This document shows, one piece after another, positions 23,748-33,920 of a DNA stretch of 41,222 nucleotides. Source of the stretch: a virus. Lineage: Duplodnaviria; Caudoviricetes. Position numbers and translations under genes: made by a program. The DNA lies in IMG/VR virus record IMGVR_UViG_3300048599_000905, positions 1 through 41,222 of that record. One strand, given 5' to 3'. Each line of letters begins with the position of its first letter. Within the stretch, counting starts at the first letter, position 1. The notes under the pieces were generated by a model that was not told the DNA's origin, did no database searches, and was given only the letters and a program-made list of their open reading frames with translations.

Positions 23748-25809
23748 CACGGGGAACAACGCGAAGCGGGCAAAGCGGAAGAACGACCGAATTGTCGTGA
23801 TCCCGCCCTGCGTTGATCGCGCGCGACGCCAGCAGCTCGAACAGAATGATATCGCTTGGCTCATGCACTACTTCGCGGAAGAGACCGGCGAAGTCGGTCG
23901 CTACACGTACGAGTTCACCGGGCAGCAACTCGAAATGGCTGCGGCGATCGCCCGGGCCATCGAGAATGGCGACGACCAGGCAATTGCTGCCAGCCGCGGC
24001 GAGGGCAAATCGACACTGGCCTGGCGACTCACGCTGAAGTACGTCCTGCAGGGAAGAATCAAGTTCCCTGTTCTGTTCGCTGCGACCGGCGCGGCAGCGG
24101 CCAACATGCTCGAAGAGATCAAGCTTGAGCTCGAAAACAACCCGAGGTTTCACGAGGACTATCCCGAGGTTGTCTTTCCGATCCTGGCTTTGGAGGGTGT
24201 CCCGCAGCGCGCGGGTACCATGCTCGCCAGCGGTCGCCGCCTGGACAATGACGAGATCTTCGAAGAAGTGATGATTCGCTTCAGCTGGTGCGGACAGCAG
24301 GTCTACTTGCCTGACATGCCCGGTTCGCCCTCGCGCGGTGCCATCTTTGCTACCCGGGGCCTGGATGCCGAAGTCCGTGGGCTCCGTATCAAGGGCCGCC
24401 GCGTCGACCTGGCCCTGATCGACGATCCCGATACCGAAGAAACCGCCCGCAGCGAAGAGCAGGCCGAAAAGCTCGAGAAGCGAATTGATCGAGCCATTGC
24501 CGGTCTGGGGGGCCAGAAGAAAACCGTTGCCCGGATCATGCTGACCACGATCCAGTCGACGATCAGCGTTTCCGCCAAATTCACGGATCCCCAGCAGAAG
24601 CACAGCTGGAAGGGGAAGCGGATGCGAATGCTGGTTGAGCCGCCGGCGGATCTTGATGCCTGGCAGAACTTCATCACCCTTTGGCAGCAAGATCAGATCG
24701 AAGGGACGACGAAGGCCCATGACCTCTATGCCGCCAACCGCCAGCGGATGGATGAAGGGGCCATCATCTCGAACCCCCACCGGCATACGGAAAAGCAGCT
24801 CAGCGCGCTGGAGCACTACTACACCCTCGTTGCTCGCTATGGCCAGGAAGCGGTCGACACCGAGTACAACAACGATCCGCCGAAGCCCGCGGAGACCGTC
24901 GACATCGGCATTACGCCACATCGCATTCAGCACCAGATCAGCGGGTTCGCGCGCCTGATCATTCCGCCCGGCTGCACCGTTCTCACGCAAGGTATCGACT
25001 GCAAGAAGCAATCCTTGCACTGGGTGGTGCGAGTTTGGAAGCCGGACGGGACCGGGTACACCATCGCCCACGGTATTCACGAGGTAATTGGCACGAAGTA
25101 CGGCGTCGAGGATGGCGTCGAAGAAGCCATTCGCCGGGCCGTAATCGAGCACATGGAAGTATTTCGCAACATGGAGTTCCGTTCGCCCGACGGCGAGATC
25201 CCGATCGACCCCGCCAATTGGCTCACTCTGATCGATACCAGGTACCAGGGCGATGCCGTTAAAAGTGCCTGCGTCGAGATCGGCAGCAGCATCATGCCCG
25301 TGATGGGTTTCGGCGTTTCCAAGGGCTGCGTCAAAGGTCGGCAGTTTCACCCCGCGCGAGAGGCGACAGCCGAGGTGAAGCCTGGCGATCACTACAACCT
25401 GCGCCTGACCAAGATGGGCAAGTCCAAGCTGTGGATGGTCGAGGCCGACACTGACCACTGGAAACGCTGGGAGCATGCCCGCTGGATGACGGGACCCGAC
25501 AAGCCCGGGCGCTTGCACGTGTTCGGGGAATCCGAGGAACACGGCTATCGGCCCCGCGGCCGGCAAAACCAGGATCCGAACTTCCAGTACGCCCACCACC
25601 TTTGCAACGAGAAGGAGGTGGACGAACCGTACAAGGGCCAAATGCGGCGAGTCTGGAAAGCCCGCGCTGAGAACGTTCACTGGCTCGATTCCAGCTACTA
25701 CAGCGACGTCGCCGCTTGTATCCGCGGCATTACGATTTTCAAACCCATAGAACTGGCCAGGCCGGCCGTTCGGAAACCTCGTGTAAGAGTGCAGAACCTT
25801 AATGTCTAA
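23683..25809 (+). CDS. terminase large subunit (gpA-like)
   Basis: Walker A ASRGEGKST, Walker B LALIDD, nuclease GIDC...ID..Y...HWLD. Confidence 0.9.
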   Translation: MFSASGQATPEGQPTRPNKKVDTGNNAKRAKRKNDRIVVIPPCVDRARRQQLEQNDIAWLMHYFAEETGEVGRYTYEFTGQQLEMAAAIARAIENGDDQAIAASRGEGKSTLAWRLTLKYVLQGRIKFPVLFAATGAAAANMLEEIKLELENNPRFHEDYPEVVFPILALEGVPQRAGTMLASGRRLDNDEIFEEVMIRFSWCGQQVYLPDMPGSPSRGAIFATRGLDAEVRGLRIKGRRVDLALIDDPDTEETARSEEQAEKLEKRIDRAIAGLGGQKKTVARIMLTTIQSTISVSAKFTDPQQKHSWKGKRMRMLVEPPADLDAWQNFITLWQQDQIEGTTKAHDLYAANRQRMDEGAIISNPHRHTEKQLSALEHYYTLVARYGQEAVDTEYNNDPPKPAETVDIGITPHRIQHQISGFARLIIPPGCTVLTQGIDCKKQSLHWVVRVWKPDGTGYTIAHGIHEVIGTKYGVEDGVEEAIRRAVIEHMEVFRNMEFRSPDGEIPIDPANWLTLIDTRYQGDAVKSACVEIGSSIMPVMGFGVSKGCVKGRQFHPAREATAEVKPGDHYNLRLTKMGKSKLWMVEADTDHWKRWEHARWMTGPDKPGRLHVFGESEEHGYRPRGRQNQDPNFQYAHHLCNEKEVDEPYKGQMRRVWKARAENVHWLDSSYYSDVAACIRGITIFKPIELARPAVRKPRVRVQNLNV

Positions 25810-26101
25810 ACGAACCCAAGGCCGCCCCCAAGGCGCCAAAAACGTGACCGCCGTTGCCGATCTAGAACCCACGCGCTGCCCAAAGTGCAACAGTTCGAGA
25901 CGTTCCCGCTACCGAGGAAGTCGTCAACAGAACTTCATCGGCCAGAAGTTCATTGCGATCATCTATCGCCGTTGCTCTTGCCTCGACTGCGGCCAGCATC
26001 GGGTCGACCGAGAGAAGGTTTACGAGGGGGAAACTCAGATTTCGGAAGAAAATAAGGCCATTGGCCTTATTACTTCTCCGGAAGCCGCTGCGGACTGTTG
26101 A
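25802..26101 (+). CDS. zinc-ribbon protein (Ogr/Delta-like)
   Basis: GRPQGAKN, CPKC...RCSCLDCG. Confidence 0.65.
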   Translation: MSKRTQGRPQGAKNVTAVADLEPTRCPKCNSSRRSRYRGSRQQNFIGQKFIAIIYRRCSCLDCGQHRVDREKVYEGETQISEENKAIGLITSPEAAADC

Positions 26102-26131
26102 CCAACTTGACGGAATGAAAAGCATGAGGGA

Positions 26132-26362
26132 ATGGAAACCGAACGTCCCAGCAAATTCGCCCAGATTCAGTACGCGAATAACCGCGTAAAGCAGCTTGAA
26201 CAGCTTATCGCTGACAATGCTGGCCTGCAGTCTGTGTCGGTCAACGGGACTTCCACCACCTACCTCGACTTGCTGAACCAGCGGACCTACTGGCTGGCGG
26301 AACTCGCCAGGCTTGAAGGTCGCACCGCCCGCACGAAGACGATTCGTCTGGGGGGTGGCTAA
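26132..26362 (+). CDS. head completion protein (gpW-like)
   Basis: Small gene between terL and portal; QSVSVNGTSTTY.DL pattern. Confidence 0.7.
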   Translation: METERPSKFAQIQYANNRVKQLEQLIADNAGLQSVSVNGTSTTYLDLLNQRTYWLAELARLEGRTARTKTIRLGGG

Positions 26363-27795
26363 TGGTAACAACCCTTCGCCAGCGCCTCGGTGCTGGAATC
26401 GCCAAGTTTGCGTCGTACGTGTCTGGCTATGACGCCGTCAGTCAGCAGAACCGGCGAAAAGTGCCTGCGCCGATCGTCAAGCGCGAGGATGACAACCTTC
26501 GCCCCCAGCAGCGGAAACAGCTGCAGGCCTCGACCCAGAACGTTCACCGCAATTTCGCTGTTGCCCGGTGGATGATCGCCCGCCATCTCGACTACGTGTC
26601 GACGTTTGGCTTCCAGTCCCGTTGTGGCGACAAACAGCTCGACAACTGCCTGGAATCACTCGTCACGGACTGGTCGAAGCCTTGGAACTTCGAGATCACC
26701 GGCCGTTTCAGCCGGCAGAAGTTCATCCGCCTGGCCGAGATGCAACGCACGCTCAATGGCGACATGGGCATTCTGAAGCTTCGCCGCCGCAAGCTGCAGG
26801 CCATCGAAAGCGACCTGATTCGCAATCCGACCAATGGCGGCTTCCCCGTGGGGATCGATCCGGCCGACTTTCTCCATGGCGTGCAGTGCAACCGGTACGG
26901 TAAACCGATCGCTTACAGCATCTGCCGCCGCGGCAAGTCGAACGACATCACGCCCGGCAGCTTCCGCTACGAATTTGAACGTGTTGTGCCCGCGCGCAGC
27001 ATGGTTCATTTCTCGCACTTCGATCGGTTTGACCAACTGCGTGGCATCTCTCCGCTGGCCTGCGCGGTCAATTCGCTGGTCGACGTCTACGAGGGGATCG
27101 ACTGGGCACTGGCAAAACTCAAAGTGGCCCAGCTGTTCGCTCTGGCCTTCTATCGCGACCGCTACGACGATGACGATCTGGGCGGTACGCAGGTCGGTGA
27201 AGGCGACGAACCGCGATACAGCAAGCTGAACTTCGGGAATGGTCCGCAGCAACTCGACCTCGATGCGGGCGACCGTGCGGAATTTCTCGAAAGCAAGAGC
27301 CCGTCGACCGAGTTTCAGGCATTCTGCCAGGTTGTGATCGCGCTCGCCCTGAAGGCCCTAGATATTCCGTACTCGTTCTACTCGGAAGACTTCACGACGT
27401 ATTCCGGCGCTCGCCAGGCCATGCTGCAGTACGAGCAGGCCGCGAAGATCAAACGCCAAGACATCGTCGACCTACTTGACTTGCTACTCACTTGGCGGGC
27501 CGTCGACTGGATCAATTTAGCGTGCCTGCCGGAAGGTGTCCGGCTCGAACATCTCAAGTGGCGCTGGGTTCCCAACGGCCAGCCGTGGATCGATCCCCTG
27601 AAGGAGATTCAGGCGAAATCGATCGCCCTGACGCTTGGCCTCACTTCCCGTCAACGCGAAGCCCTGGAGTCTGGCGGCGACTTCTTCGACATCGCCGACG
27701 AGTTGGCCGCGGAGTCGGAGTACCTGAAGTCCAAGGGCTTGCCTACGGACATCAACCCCGGCAATGTGACCATCAACGAGGTATCTGGCAAATGA
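26362..27795 (+). CDS. portal protein, lambda family
   Basis: RN..VAR, GD, HF...RFDQLRGISPL, YSGARQ, WIDPLKE, LTSR. Confidence 0.93.
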   Translation: MVTTLRQRLGAGIAKFASYVSGYDAVSQQNRRKVPAPIVKREDDNLRPQQRKQLQASTQNVHRNFAVARWMIARHLDYVSTFGFQSRCGDKQLDNCLESLVTDWSKPWNFEITGRFSRQKFIRLAEMQRTLNGDMGILKLRRRKLQAIESDLIRNPTNGGFPVGIDPADFLHGVQCNRYGKPIAYSICRRGKSNDITPGSFRYEFERVVPARSMVHFSHFDRFDQLRGISPLACAVNSLVDVYEGIDWALAKLKVAQLFALAFYRDRYDDDDLGGTQVGEGDEPRYSKLNFGNGPQQLDLDAGDRAEFLESKSPSTEFQAFCQVVIALALKALDIPYSFYSEDFTTYSGARQAMLQYEQAAKIKRQDIVDLLDLLLTWRAVDWINLACLPEGVRLEHLKWRWVPNGQPWIDPLKEIQAKSIALTLGLTSRQREALESGGDFFDIADELAAESEYLKSKGLPTDINPGNVTINEVSGK

Positions 27796-29192
27796 GCAAG
27801 TCTTGCTTTCGCAACACCGATGCTTCGTCGCGGGGCTCGCTGGTCGAGAACAAAGCCAAGCCGTCGCGCTTCGACGCCGCGGCAATCAAGAACGGCCGTC
27901 TGCAGGTGCCGCGCTCGGCGCTGCGATTTGCGGCCGCCGTGGAATTCGCCAGCGAACCCAGCGAAACGGAAGGCGTCATTCCGGTATCGATCACGGCCCG
28001 CAGCGGGAACGCCCTGCAACACTTTTGGTTCGGCAAGTGCATTCACGACCTGGCTGGCATGCGGCCGGCGTCGGCGAAGTTGCCATTCGACTACTGCCAC
28101 GATGATCGGGAAGTTCTCGGCTTCTCGGATCAGCAGGAAGTCGCCGCCGAAGGGTTGGTAATGCACGGAGTCCTGATTCCCCACAAGGAACAGGACCGCG
28201 TCGACGAAGTTGCTACCAAAGCCGCCGCCGGTTTCGAGTGGCAGGCCTCGATTTACTTTGACCTCGACACGCTCATTCTCGAATTCGTGCCCGAGGGTGA
28301 ATCGGTTGAAGTCAACGGCCAGGCCTTCGAGGGTCCGGGCGTGATCTTCCGCGAGTGGATGCTTCGCGGTGCTGCGATTTGCCCGTATGGCTATGACCCG
28401 GCCACGTCCGTTCAGTTTTCCAACAACCCTGGCGACGTTGTCGCCGTTTCATTCACGGAGAAGTCAGCGATGGCAACCAAGCCCAAGCCGAAACCGACCG
28501 CATTGAACAAGCCCGCCCCCAACCGTCACGCCCGCCGCCAGACTGCCGCGCTGTCGCGGACCGGTGCCGCGAACCCGAAAAACCGCTTGGCAAAGCCCAA
28601 GCCGACATCGCAACGGCCGCCGGCTGCGGGGCGAATGGCCGCCGGCTCTGAAGAGGAGGAAGAGGAGGGGCTCGAAAGCGATCCCGAAGAGCTCGAATCG
28701 GATGAGGATGCCGACCCTGACGCGGCGACCGAAACCGAGGAAGAACGGGATTGTGACTGCCCCGAAGGCGAAGAGTGCAACTGCGACGAGGAAGCCGAAA
28801 CGGATCCCGATGCCGAAGATCCCGTCGAAATGGAGGCCGAGGAAGAAGGCGACAAGCCCAAGCAATCGGCCAAGCTCTCGCAGCGGCAGCAGTTGCAGCG
28901 GTACATCAATGCGTTTGGAGCAGCCCGCGGTGCCAAGTGGTTCGCCGCCGGCCTCACGTTCGCTCAAGCCCAGTCGAAGTTCACCGCGGTGCTGACCAAG
29001 CAGAACGGCGAGCTTCGCAAGAAAGTGGGCGAACTGACCGCGCAAGTCACCGCTCTGGGTGGCGAGGAAGAACCCGTCACTTTCACCTCGACAGACGAGC
29101 GGCCGAAGCCGACCGGTAAGCCTAGCAAGCTCGCAGTGAACTTGCCTGCTGGAGCCGCCAAGTTCGCCGCAAGTCTCAAACTTCCGAAGTAG
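27792..29192 (+). CDS. prohead protease with C-terminal scaffold
   Basis: DYCHD, WQASI, AICPYGYD protease motifs; acidic disordered region plus coiled-coil C-terminus. Confidence 0.8.
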   Translation: MSKSCFRNTDASSRGSLVENKAKPSRFDAAAIKNGRLQVPRSALRFAAAVEFASEPSETEGVIPVSITARSGNALQHFWFGKCIHDLAGMRPASAKLPFDYCHDDREVLGFSDQQEVAAEGLVMHGVLIPHKEQDRVDEVATKAAAGFEWQASIYFDLDTLILEFVPEGESVEVNGQAFEGPGVIFREWMLRGAAICPYGYDPATSVQFSNNPGDVVAVSFTEKSAMATKPKPKPTALNKPAPNRHARRQTAALSRTGAANPKNRLAKPKPTSQRPPAAGRMAAGSEEEEEEGLESDPEELESDEDADPDAATETEEERDCDCPEGEECNCDEEAETDPDAEDPVEMEAEEEGDKPKQSAKLSQRQQLQRYINAFGAARGAKWFAAGLTFAQAQSKFTAVLTKQNGELRKKVGELTAQVTALGGEEEPVTFTSTDERPKPTGKPSKLAVNLPAGAAKFAASLKLPK

Positions 29193-29269
29193 TTCTTAGT
29201 TCCTAGTCCACAAAGGCCGGCGATCGTCGCCCGAGCCTTCTGCCCGTTCTTCATCAAGGATTTTGACCC

Positions 29270-30187
29270 ATGCCTTTCAATACTTTATTGGACATCTCTA
29301 AGGCCAACCACAGCGATCGCGAAGTCGGCTTGGTCGAAGAGGTGATGATCGTCACTCCCGAGATTCAGTACGCTGCCGCGCGTACGATCCCTGGCTACGA
29401 GTTCAAGTGCTTCGTGCGAACCGGCTTGCCGGACGTCGGCTTCCGTTGGGCAAATGAAGGCTCGGACCCGGTCGCCTCGACGTTCGCCGAGCGGGATGTC
29501 AAATGCTTCATCATGAATCCGCCGTGGCAATGCGACAAAGCCGTGGCCGATGCCTATGTCGATGGTCCTGAGGCATTCATCGCCATGGAAGCGCTCGGCA
29601 TGGTGAAAGGCTCGTTTGCCACTCTCGGCAAGCAGTTTTATTATGGCAACGCGGGGACTGGGCACGCTAAGGGCCATCCTGGCCTGATCCAGGCGCATGA
29701 CGCCGCAAACATGGTTGTCGATGCCGGCGGTACCACGGTTGACACTGGCTCGTCAGTCTGGGCGGTCTCCTTCGGCGTCGACAAGGTGACTTGGGTCTAC
29801 GGAAACAACGGCGAATTCGCTGTCAGTGACCCTGTCGTTCAGCAGATTACCAAGGAAGGCAAGATCCTTGATGCGTATTGCCAAAGCTTGCTCGTTCGCC
29901 CCGGCCTGCAGGTGGCCAACATCAACGCCGTGGCCCGCATCAAGAAGCTGACGGAAGACAGCGGCAAGGGGCTCGACGACGACAAGCTGGCTGACTTGTT
30001 CCACAAGTTCCCGCCGGGCATCACCCCCGACGCCATCTTCATGACTCGCCGTTCTCGCCGGCAGTTGCAGCAGAGCCGCACGGCGACAAACGCGACCGGT
30101 GCGCCAGCCCCAATTCCGATTGACTACGAAGGCGTCCCGATCCGCATCACCGACAGTATCAGCAACACGGAATCGCTGACACTGTAA
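29270..30187 (+). CDS. major capsid protein
   Basis: Position; RTGLP.VGFR.ANEG, FYYGN, GVPIRITDSI.NTE. Confidence 0.88.
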   Translation: MPFNTLLDISKANHSDREVGLVEEVMIVTPEIQYAAARTIPGYEFKCFVRTGLPDVGFRWANEGSDPVASTFAERDVKCFIMNPPWQCDKAVADAYVDGPEAFIAMEALGMVKGSFATLGKQFYYGNAGTGHAKGHPGLIQAHDAANMVVDAGGTTVDTGSSVWAVSFGVDKVTWVYGNNGEFAVSDPVVQQITKEGKILDAYCQSLLVRPGLQVANINAVARIKKLTEDSGKGLDDDKLADLFHKFPPGITPDAIFMTRRSRRQLQQSRTATNATGAPAPIPIDYEGVPIRITDSISNTESLTL

Positions 30188-30227
30188 GAGATTGCCGTAG
30201 CTAGGGGCCAGCAAATCAACCACTCCC

Positions 30228-30254
30228 AGCCAGCCCCGCAACGGGCTGGCTTTT
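30228..30254 (+). terminator. intrinsic terminator after capsid gene
   Basis: AGCCAGCCC-cgcaac-GGGCTGGCT-TTT. Confidence 0.7.
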
Positions 30255-30313
30255 GGCAGTAGAGAGCCACACTTTCCGCCGCCTTTCGTACATCAAAAAC
30301 AAGGATCTTTGCT

Positions 30314-30727
30314 ATGGGTTTCAGACTAAAAGACGCGCTCCTGAAAGTGACTCGCGCGCTGAATGCCACTGCCTCGAATACCGTCAAGAGCACCCCGATC
30401 GACCTGAAGTTGGGTGCCAAGGATGACTTCCTTGCCAAGAGCGAGTTCAAGATTACGGCCCCGGCCGTCAATGCCACAATGGCCCCCGACACGCGCACGT
30501 TCACCTACGACGTAATTCACTCCGACGAAGACGCCTTCGCGAGTTCGGTGGTGCTTTACTCCAGTGTGCTCACGCAGACCGGAGCAGGTGGCGTCGGTGC
30601 TGCGGCGGCCGATGTCAACGTCCGCCTGCCAGTCGACGTCAAGCGCTATGTCGGGTTCCAGATTCGGTCCGGAGCCTCGACTGGCGACGCGTCGTCTGTG
30701 TCGGCCACTGGCGAAATGGTGTTCTAA
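30314..30727 (+). CDS. capsid decoration/cement-like protein
   Basis: Beta-rich, RLP...KRYV motif, follows MCP. Confidence 0.65.
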   Translation: MGFRLKDALLKVTRALNATASNTVKSTPIDLKLGAKDDFLAKSEFKITAPAVNATMAPDTRTFTYDVIHSDEDAFASSVVLYSSVLTQTGAGGVGAAAADVNVRLPVDVKRYVGFQIRSGASTGDASSVSATGEMVF

Positions 30728-30730
30728 GCC

Positions 30731-31126
30731 ATGGGCAACATGCTCTCCCACGCAGTTCGCGCGCACTCTCGTACGCTTCAAAAGGCGGCTGGGGTAGACG
30801 TGGAGATCCTGCGCGGGAGACGCAGGAGCCAGACACTTAAAGCCGTGCCTGCAATGAGCACGCATACCGTTGACGGCGGCGGCGATGATGAGCGCCGCCC
30901 AGTTCCCATGAAAGTGAAGTCGTTCGACTGGATCTTCAACGTTGCCGAGCTTAAGTCCGCCTGTGCCGCGTTTCAAGGTTTTACTGAGCTGCTGGCTGGC
31001 GACATTGTCGAACGCCAAGAGGATGGCAAGCAGTTTCAAGTTCAGCCGGTGGCCGAGGGCCGGCCCGTGAACGAACCTCACGACACCTACGGCTTGATGG
31101 TTGTCACTCACACCCTGGAAGGTTGA
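30731..31126 (+). CDS. putative head-tail joining protein
   Basis: Position; DWIF...GDIV...FQV...VVTHT. Confidence 0.6.
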   Translation: MGNMLSHAVRAHSRTLQKAAGVDVEILRGRRRSQTLKAVPAMSTHTVDGGGDDERRPVPMKVKSFDWIFNVAELKSACAAFQGFTELLAGDIVERQEDGKQFQVQPVAEGRPVNEPHDTYGLMVVTHTLEG

Positions 31127-31641
31127 TCGTGGCCGACGTTACACAAGCCCGAATCATCGCCGCCGCCGATGTCGCTGCTTCGCACCTGAATGCTGGGCGC
31201 GAGGGTGGCAAGTTCGCCGGCATGGTGTTCGAGGCCAAGCGATCCTGGGCCAGCAAGGACGAAGACCTCAAGTTGCAGAGCGGCCTGCTAGTGGATTGCG
31301 TCCCCTGGCGGTACGAGAGCAGTGAGAAGACGTCTCGTGATCGCGCGGGTTACGAATGTTCTGTGCAAGTAATGTTACGCCAGAAGTTTGGAAGTGAAGA
31401 TCTTGACGAGTGCAACCGCGTTCCCAATGCCACCGTGGACCGCCTGGCAACGCTAGTGGAAGAGTTCGACGTTTTCTTCAAAGAAAACCCGATACCTGGC
31501 ATCGAACCTTATCCGGACATCAAGTGGACCGACAGCACAATCGTCGCCGCCTGCAGTCGGCCCGATCTGATGAAGTTGCTATTCGTCGGCATCGTTCGCG
31601 TTACCTATTCCGCACCCAAGGAACTGAGGGTGAACGAATGA
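31123..31641 (+). CDS. putative tail terminator
   Basis: Position and coupling; ends F.GIVRVTY. Confidence 0.55.
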   Translation: MIVADVTQARIIAAADVAASHLNAGREGGKFAGMVFEAKRSWASKDEDLKLQSGLLVDCVPWRYESSEKTSRDRAGYECSVQVMLRQKFGSEDLDECNRVPNATVDRLATLVEEFDVFFKENPIPGIEPYPDIKWTDSTIVAACSRPDLMKLLFVGIVRVTYSAPKELRVNE

Positions 31642-32027
31642 TTGCATTCCAATTTCAGTTTCTCGACACAACGAAGCTGGCCGCGACGGTCGTGAAAGAT
31701 GCTTCCTTCAAAAGTGTTGGCCACTTGGCTGCAACCATTCGCAAAGGTGCGATGGCATCGATTGATATAAGTCCCGAATCGTCCGAACCAGGAGACGCTC
31801 CCAATAGTCGCGACGGTCGGCTGGCTAGGGCGATTGTGTTTCATGTGGACAAGCAAACAGACACAGCAGTTATCGGCCCCCGCAAAAGCGTTGTAGGCGA
31901 AGCCGGGGCCGCCCATGAACACGCCGAGAAAATTGGCATCACCAAGTTTCCTGAACGTCCTTTTATGTTTCCTGAATTGGAACGCAACATTCCGCGATTC
32001 GGCGAAACTTTTGCCGCGTCTTACTAA
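31638..32027 (+). CDS. neck/tail completion protein (HK97 gp10-like)
   Basis: S.PG.AP.SRDGRL...HEH...PERPFMFP. Confidence 0.7.
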   Translation: MIAFQFQFLDTTKLAATVVKDASFKSVGHLAATIRKGAMASIDISPESSEPGDAPNSRDGRLARAIVFHVDKQTDTAVIGPRKSVVGEAGAAHEHAEKIGITKFPERPFMFPELERNIPRFGETFAASY

Positions 32028-32042
32028 CTGGAGTCTCGAACC

Positions 32043-32501
32043 ATGCCGCAAGAACAATCAATGGGCTTCGAAGGATCGTGCTACATGGGCACGCTCGGAG
32101 CCACCAATCCCAACACGTACATTCCCGAAACCCGGGATATGAGTTACGACTTCACGACGGACAAGGGCAACACCACCGTGCGCGAGGCCGATGGCAGCGG
32201 AAACCCGCTCATTCCGATCGAAACCGAAGCCAACACCGTACTGAAATGGCAGTTCAGCTTTCAAACGCTGCACGTGCCGAACAACGCCACGCTCGCGGCG
32301 CTGCTGGCCCATTCCTACGCTGGCACCCCGCTCGCCTTCCGGACCAAGGACAAGCAGGCCGGCAAGGGCTACCTGGGCGACGTGATCATCGAGCACAAAC
32401 ACACGAAAACGCTGCGGGGAGAGCAGGCCATCGACTGGACCGTTAAGCCCAGCCGCGCCGGTGGCCGCCGTCCGCAGTTCTACGTGGCCGACCCGTCCTA
32501 G
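32043..32501 (+). CDS. putative major tail tube protein
   Basis: Position, GGAG SD, ~150-aa beta-rich. Confidence 0.65.
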   Translation: MPQEQSMGFEGSCYMGTLGATNPNTYIPETRDMSYDFTTDKGNTTVREADGSGNPLIPIETEANTVLKWQFSFQTLHVPNNATLAALLAHSYAGTPLAFRTKDKQAGKGYLGDVIIEHKHTKTLRGEQAIDWTVKPSRAGGRRPQFYVADPS

Positions 32502-32515
32502 TTGTGCGCCCGGCC

Positions 32516-32553
32516 GCGGCGGATTTGTAACGCCAAGTTTACAAATCTGCCGC
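32516..32553 (+). other. long intergenic hairpin
   Basis: GCGGCGGATTTGTAA-8nt-TTACAAATCTGCCGC. Confidence 0.6.
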
Positions 32554-32599
32554 CGGCGTGCGGTTTCGGTTTCCACCACCCACTCTCGAGCCCCCAGCC

Positions 32600-33232
32600 A
32601 TGCCCAACGCTTCCTACAGCCTGATTCTCGCCGCCGGCGATGCCAAGATTGATCAAAACAGCCAGGTACTGGGCGACACGCCCAACCCCCTGACCGTCGA
32701 CATTCCCGCGGCGAAGGCCGGGACACTCACCACGCGCACCGATGACGATACGGGCGTCATCACGCTGGCCGCCAGCCATGGCATCGGCACGAGTGATACC
32801 GTTGACCTCTACTCGGCCACCACCGGCGAACTGCTGCGCAAGGACGTCGACGTCACGAGCGCCGACAGCACCACCATCGGCATCAATGCCGGCACTGGCT
32901 CCAACCTGCCGGCCGACGAATCCCCCATCATCGTCTGCAAGCAGCGGCCGTTTTTGCCCACGATCTTGCCCGCCACCATCCAGATTCTGGGCGTGCAACT
33001 CAAGATCCCCGGCGACACGGTCACCAAGGGGCGCGTGGCATTCTCGACCGCCGCGCCCGTGGTGGCCGCCGATATGTCACTGGTCGCCGGCCAGGGGCAA
33101 ATCTTCAACGTCGCCGGCGGGGAATCCAACCCGCTCGGGGCCGACGCAATCGTGTCGGGCGTGCTCAGCCACGCCAACACCACGCTGGCCGCGCAACTGC
33201 AGATCATCAGCGTGGAGGATCGTACGCCGTAA
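32600..33232 (+). CDS. virion structural protein
   Basis: Thr/Ala/Gly-rich beta protein in tail operon. Confidence 0.65.
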   Translation: MPNASYSLILAAGDAKIDQNSQVLGDTPNPLTVDIPAAKAGTLTTRTDDDTGVITLAASHGIGTSDTVDLYSATTGELLRKDVDVTSADSTTIGINAGTGSNLPADESPIIVCKQRPFLPTILPATIQILGVQLKIPGDTVTKGRVAFSTAAPVVAADMSLVAGQGQIFNVAGGESNPLGADAIVSGVLSHANTTLAAQLQIISVEDRTP

Positions 33233-33287
33233 ACCGGCGGTGCGTCCCGCTGTTTCCCGTTTCAATCCCGCGTGAAAGTCTCCCGCC

Positions 33288-33920
33288 GTGAAAAAGTTCG
33301 CCGATTCGACTGGCACCGAATGGGAAATCGACCTCCCCTTCGGTGAAATGCTCCGCGTGGCCAGCAGCTCGGAGAGGAAGTTCGATTTGCTCGAACCCAC
33401 CCTCCCCGAAGAGCGCCCCCTGCAAAAACTGCTGATGGACAACCTGCCCTTGTTCTGGGAAGTCCTTTGGCACCTGCTCGAACCTCAGGCCGCCCTCGTC
33501 ATGCCGACAGCCGACGAGCTCCGCCGGCGAGGCAATGGCCAGGCTATCCCCAGCGTCCCGGGAATCACCGCTGCGGAATTCGGCAGGCGGATGGCCGGGC
33601 GCTGCCTGGTGACCGCCCAGCGGGCATTTTTCGATGAGTGGCGCGATTTTTTCCACTCGATCGATCGCCCCGACCAAGCGGTAGCGATCGATGCCACGAT
33701 CATGATGCAAAACCAGATTCTACAGAAAGTGAGCGACCGCCTGGCGAACGAGCCGGCCCTGCAGCAGCTCCCGACGAAAACCGGGGAGGCGATCGACTCG
33801 GCTCTCTCGACTGCATTCTCGGAATTGCGGGATGCCTTGGCCGCGATCCCGACCGCTACACCTGGCGGCGACTCGACGAACTCTACCAAGGAAGTCAGCG
33901 CCACGCACGCCGCGTCTTGA
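33288..33920 (+). CDS. tail assembly chaperone (gpG-like)
   Basis: MKKFADSTGTEWEI...DFF; precedes tape measure. Confidence 0.75.
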   Translation: MKKFADSTGTEWEIDLPFGEMLRVASSSERKFDLLEPTLPEERPLQKLLMDNLPLFWEVLWHLLEPQAALVMPTADELRRRGNGQAIPSVPGITAAEFGRRMAGRCLVTAQRAFFDEWRDFFHSIDRPDQAVAIDATIMMQNQILQKVSDRLANEPALQQLPTKTGEAIDSALSTAFSELRDALAAIPTATPGGDSTNSTKEVSATHAAS

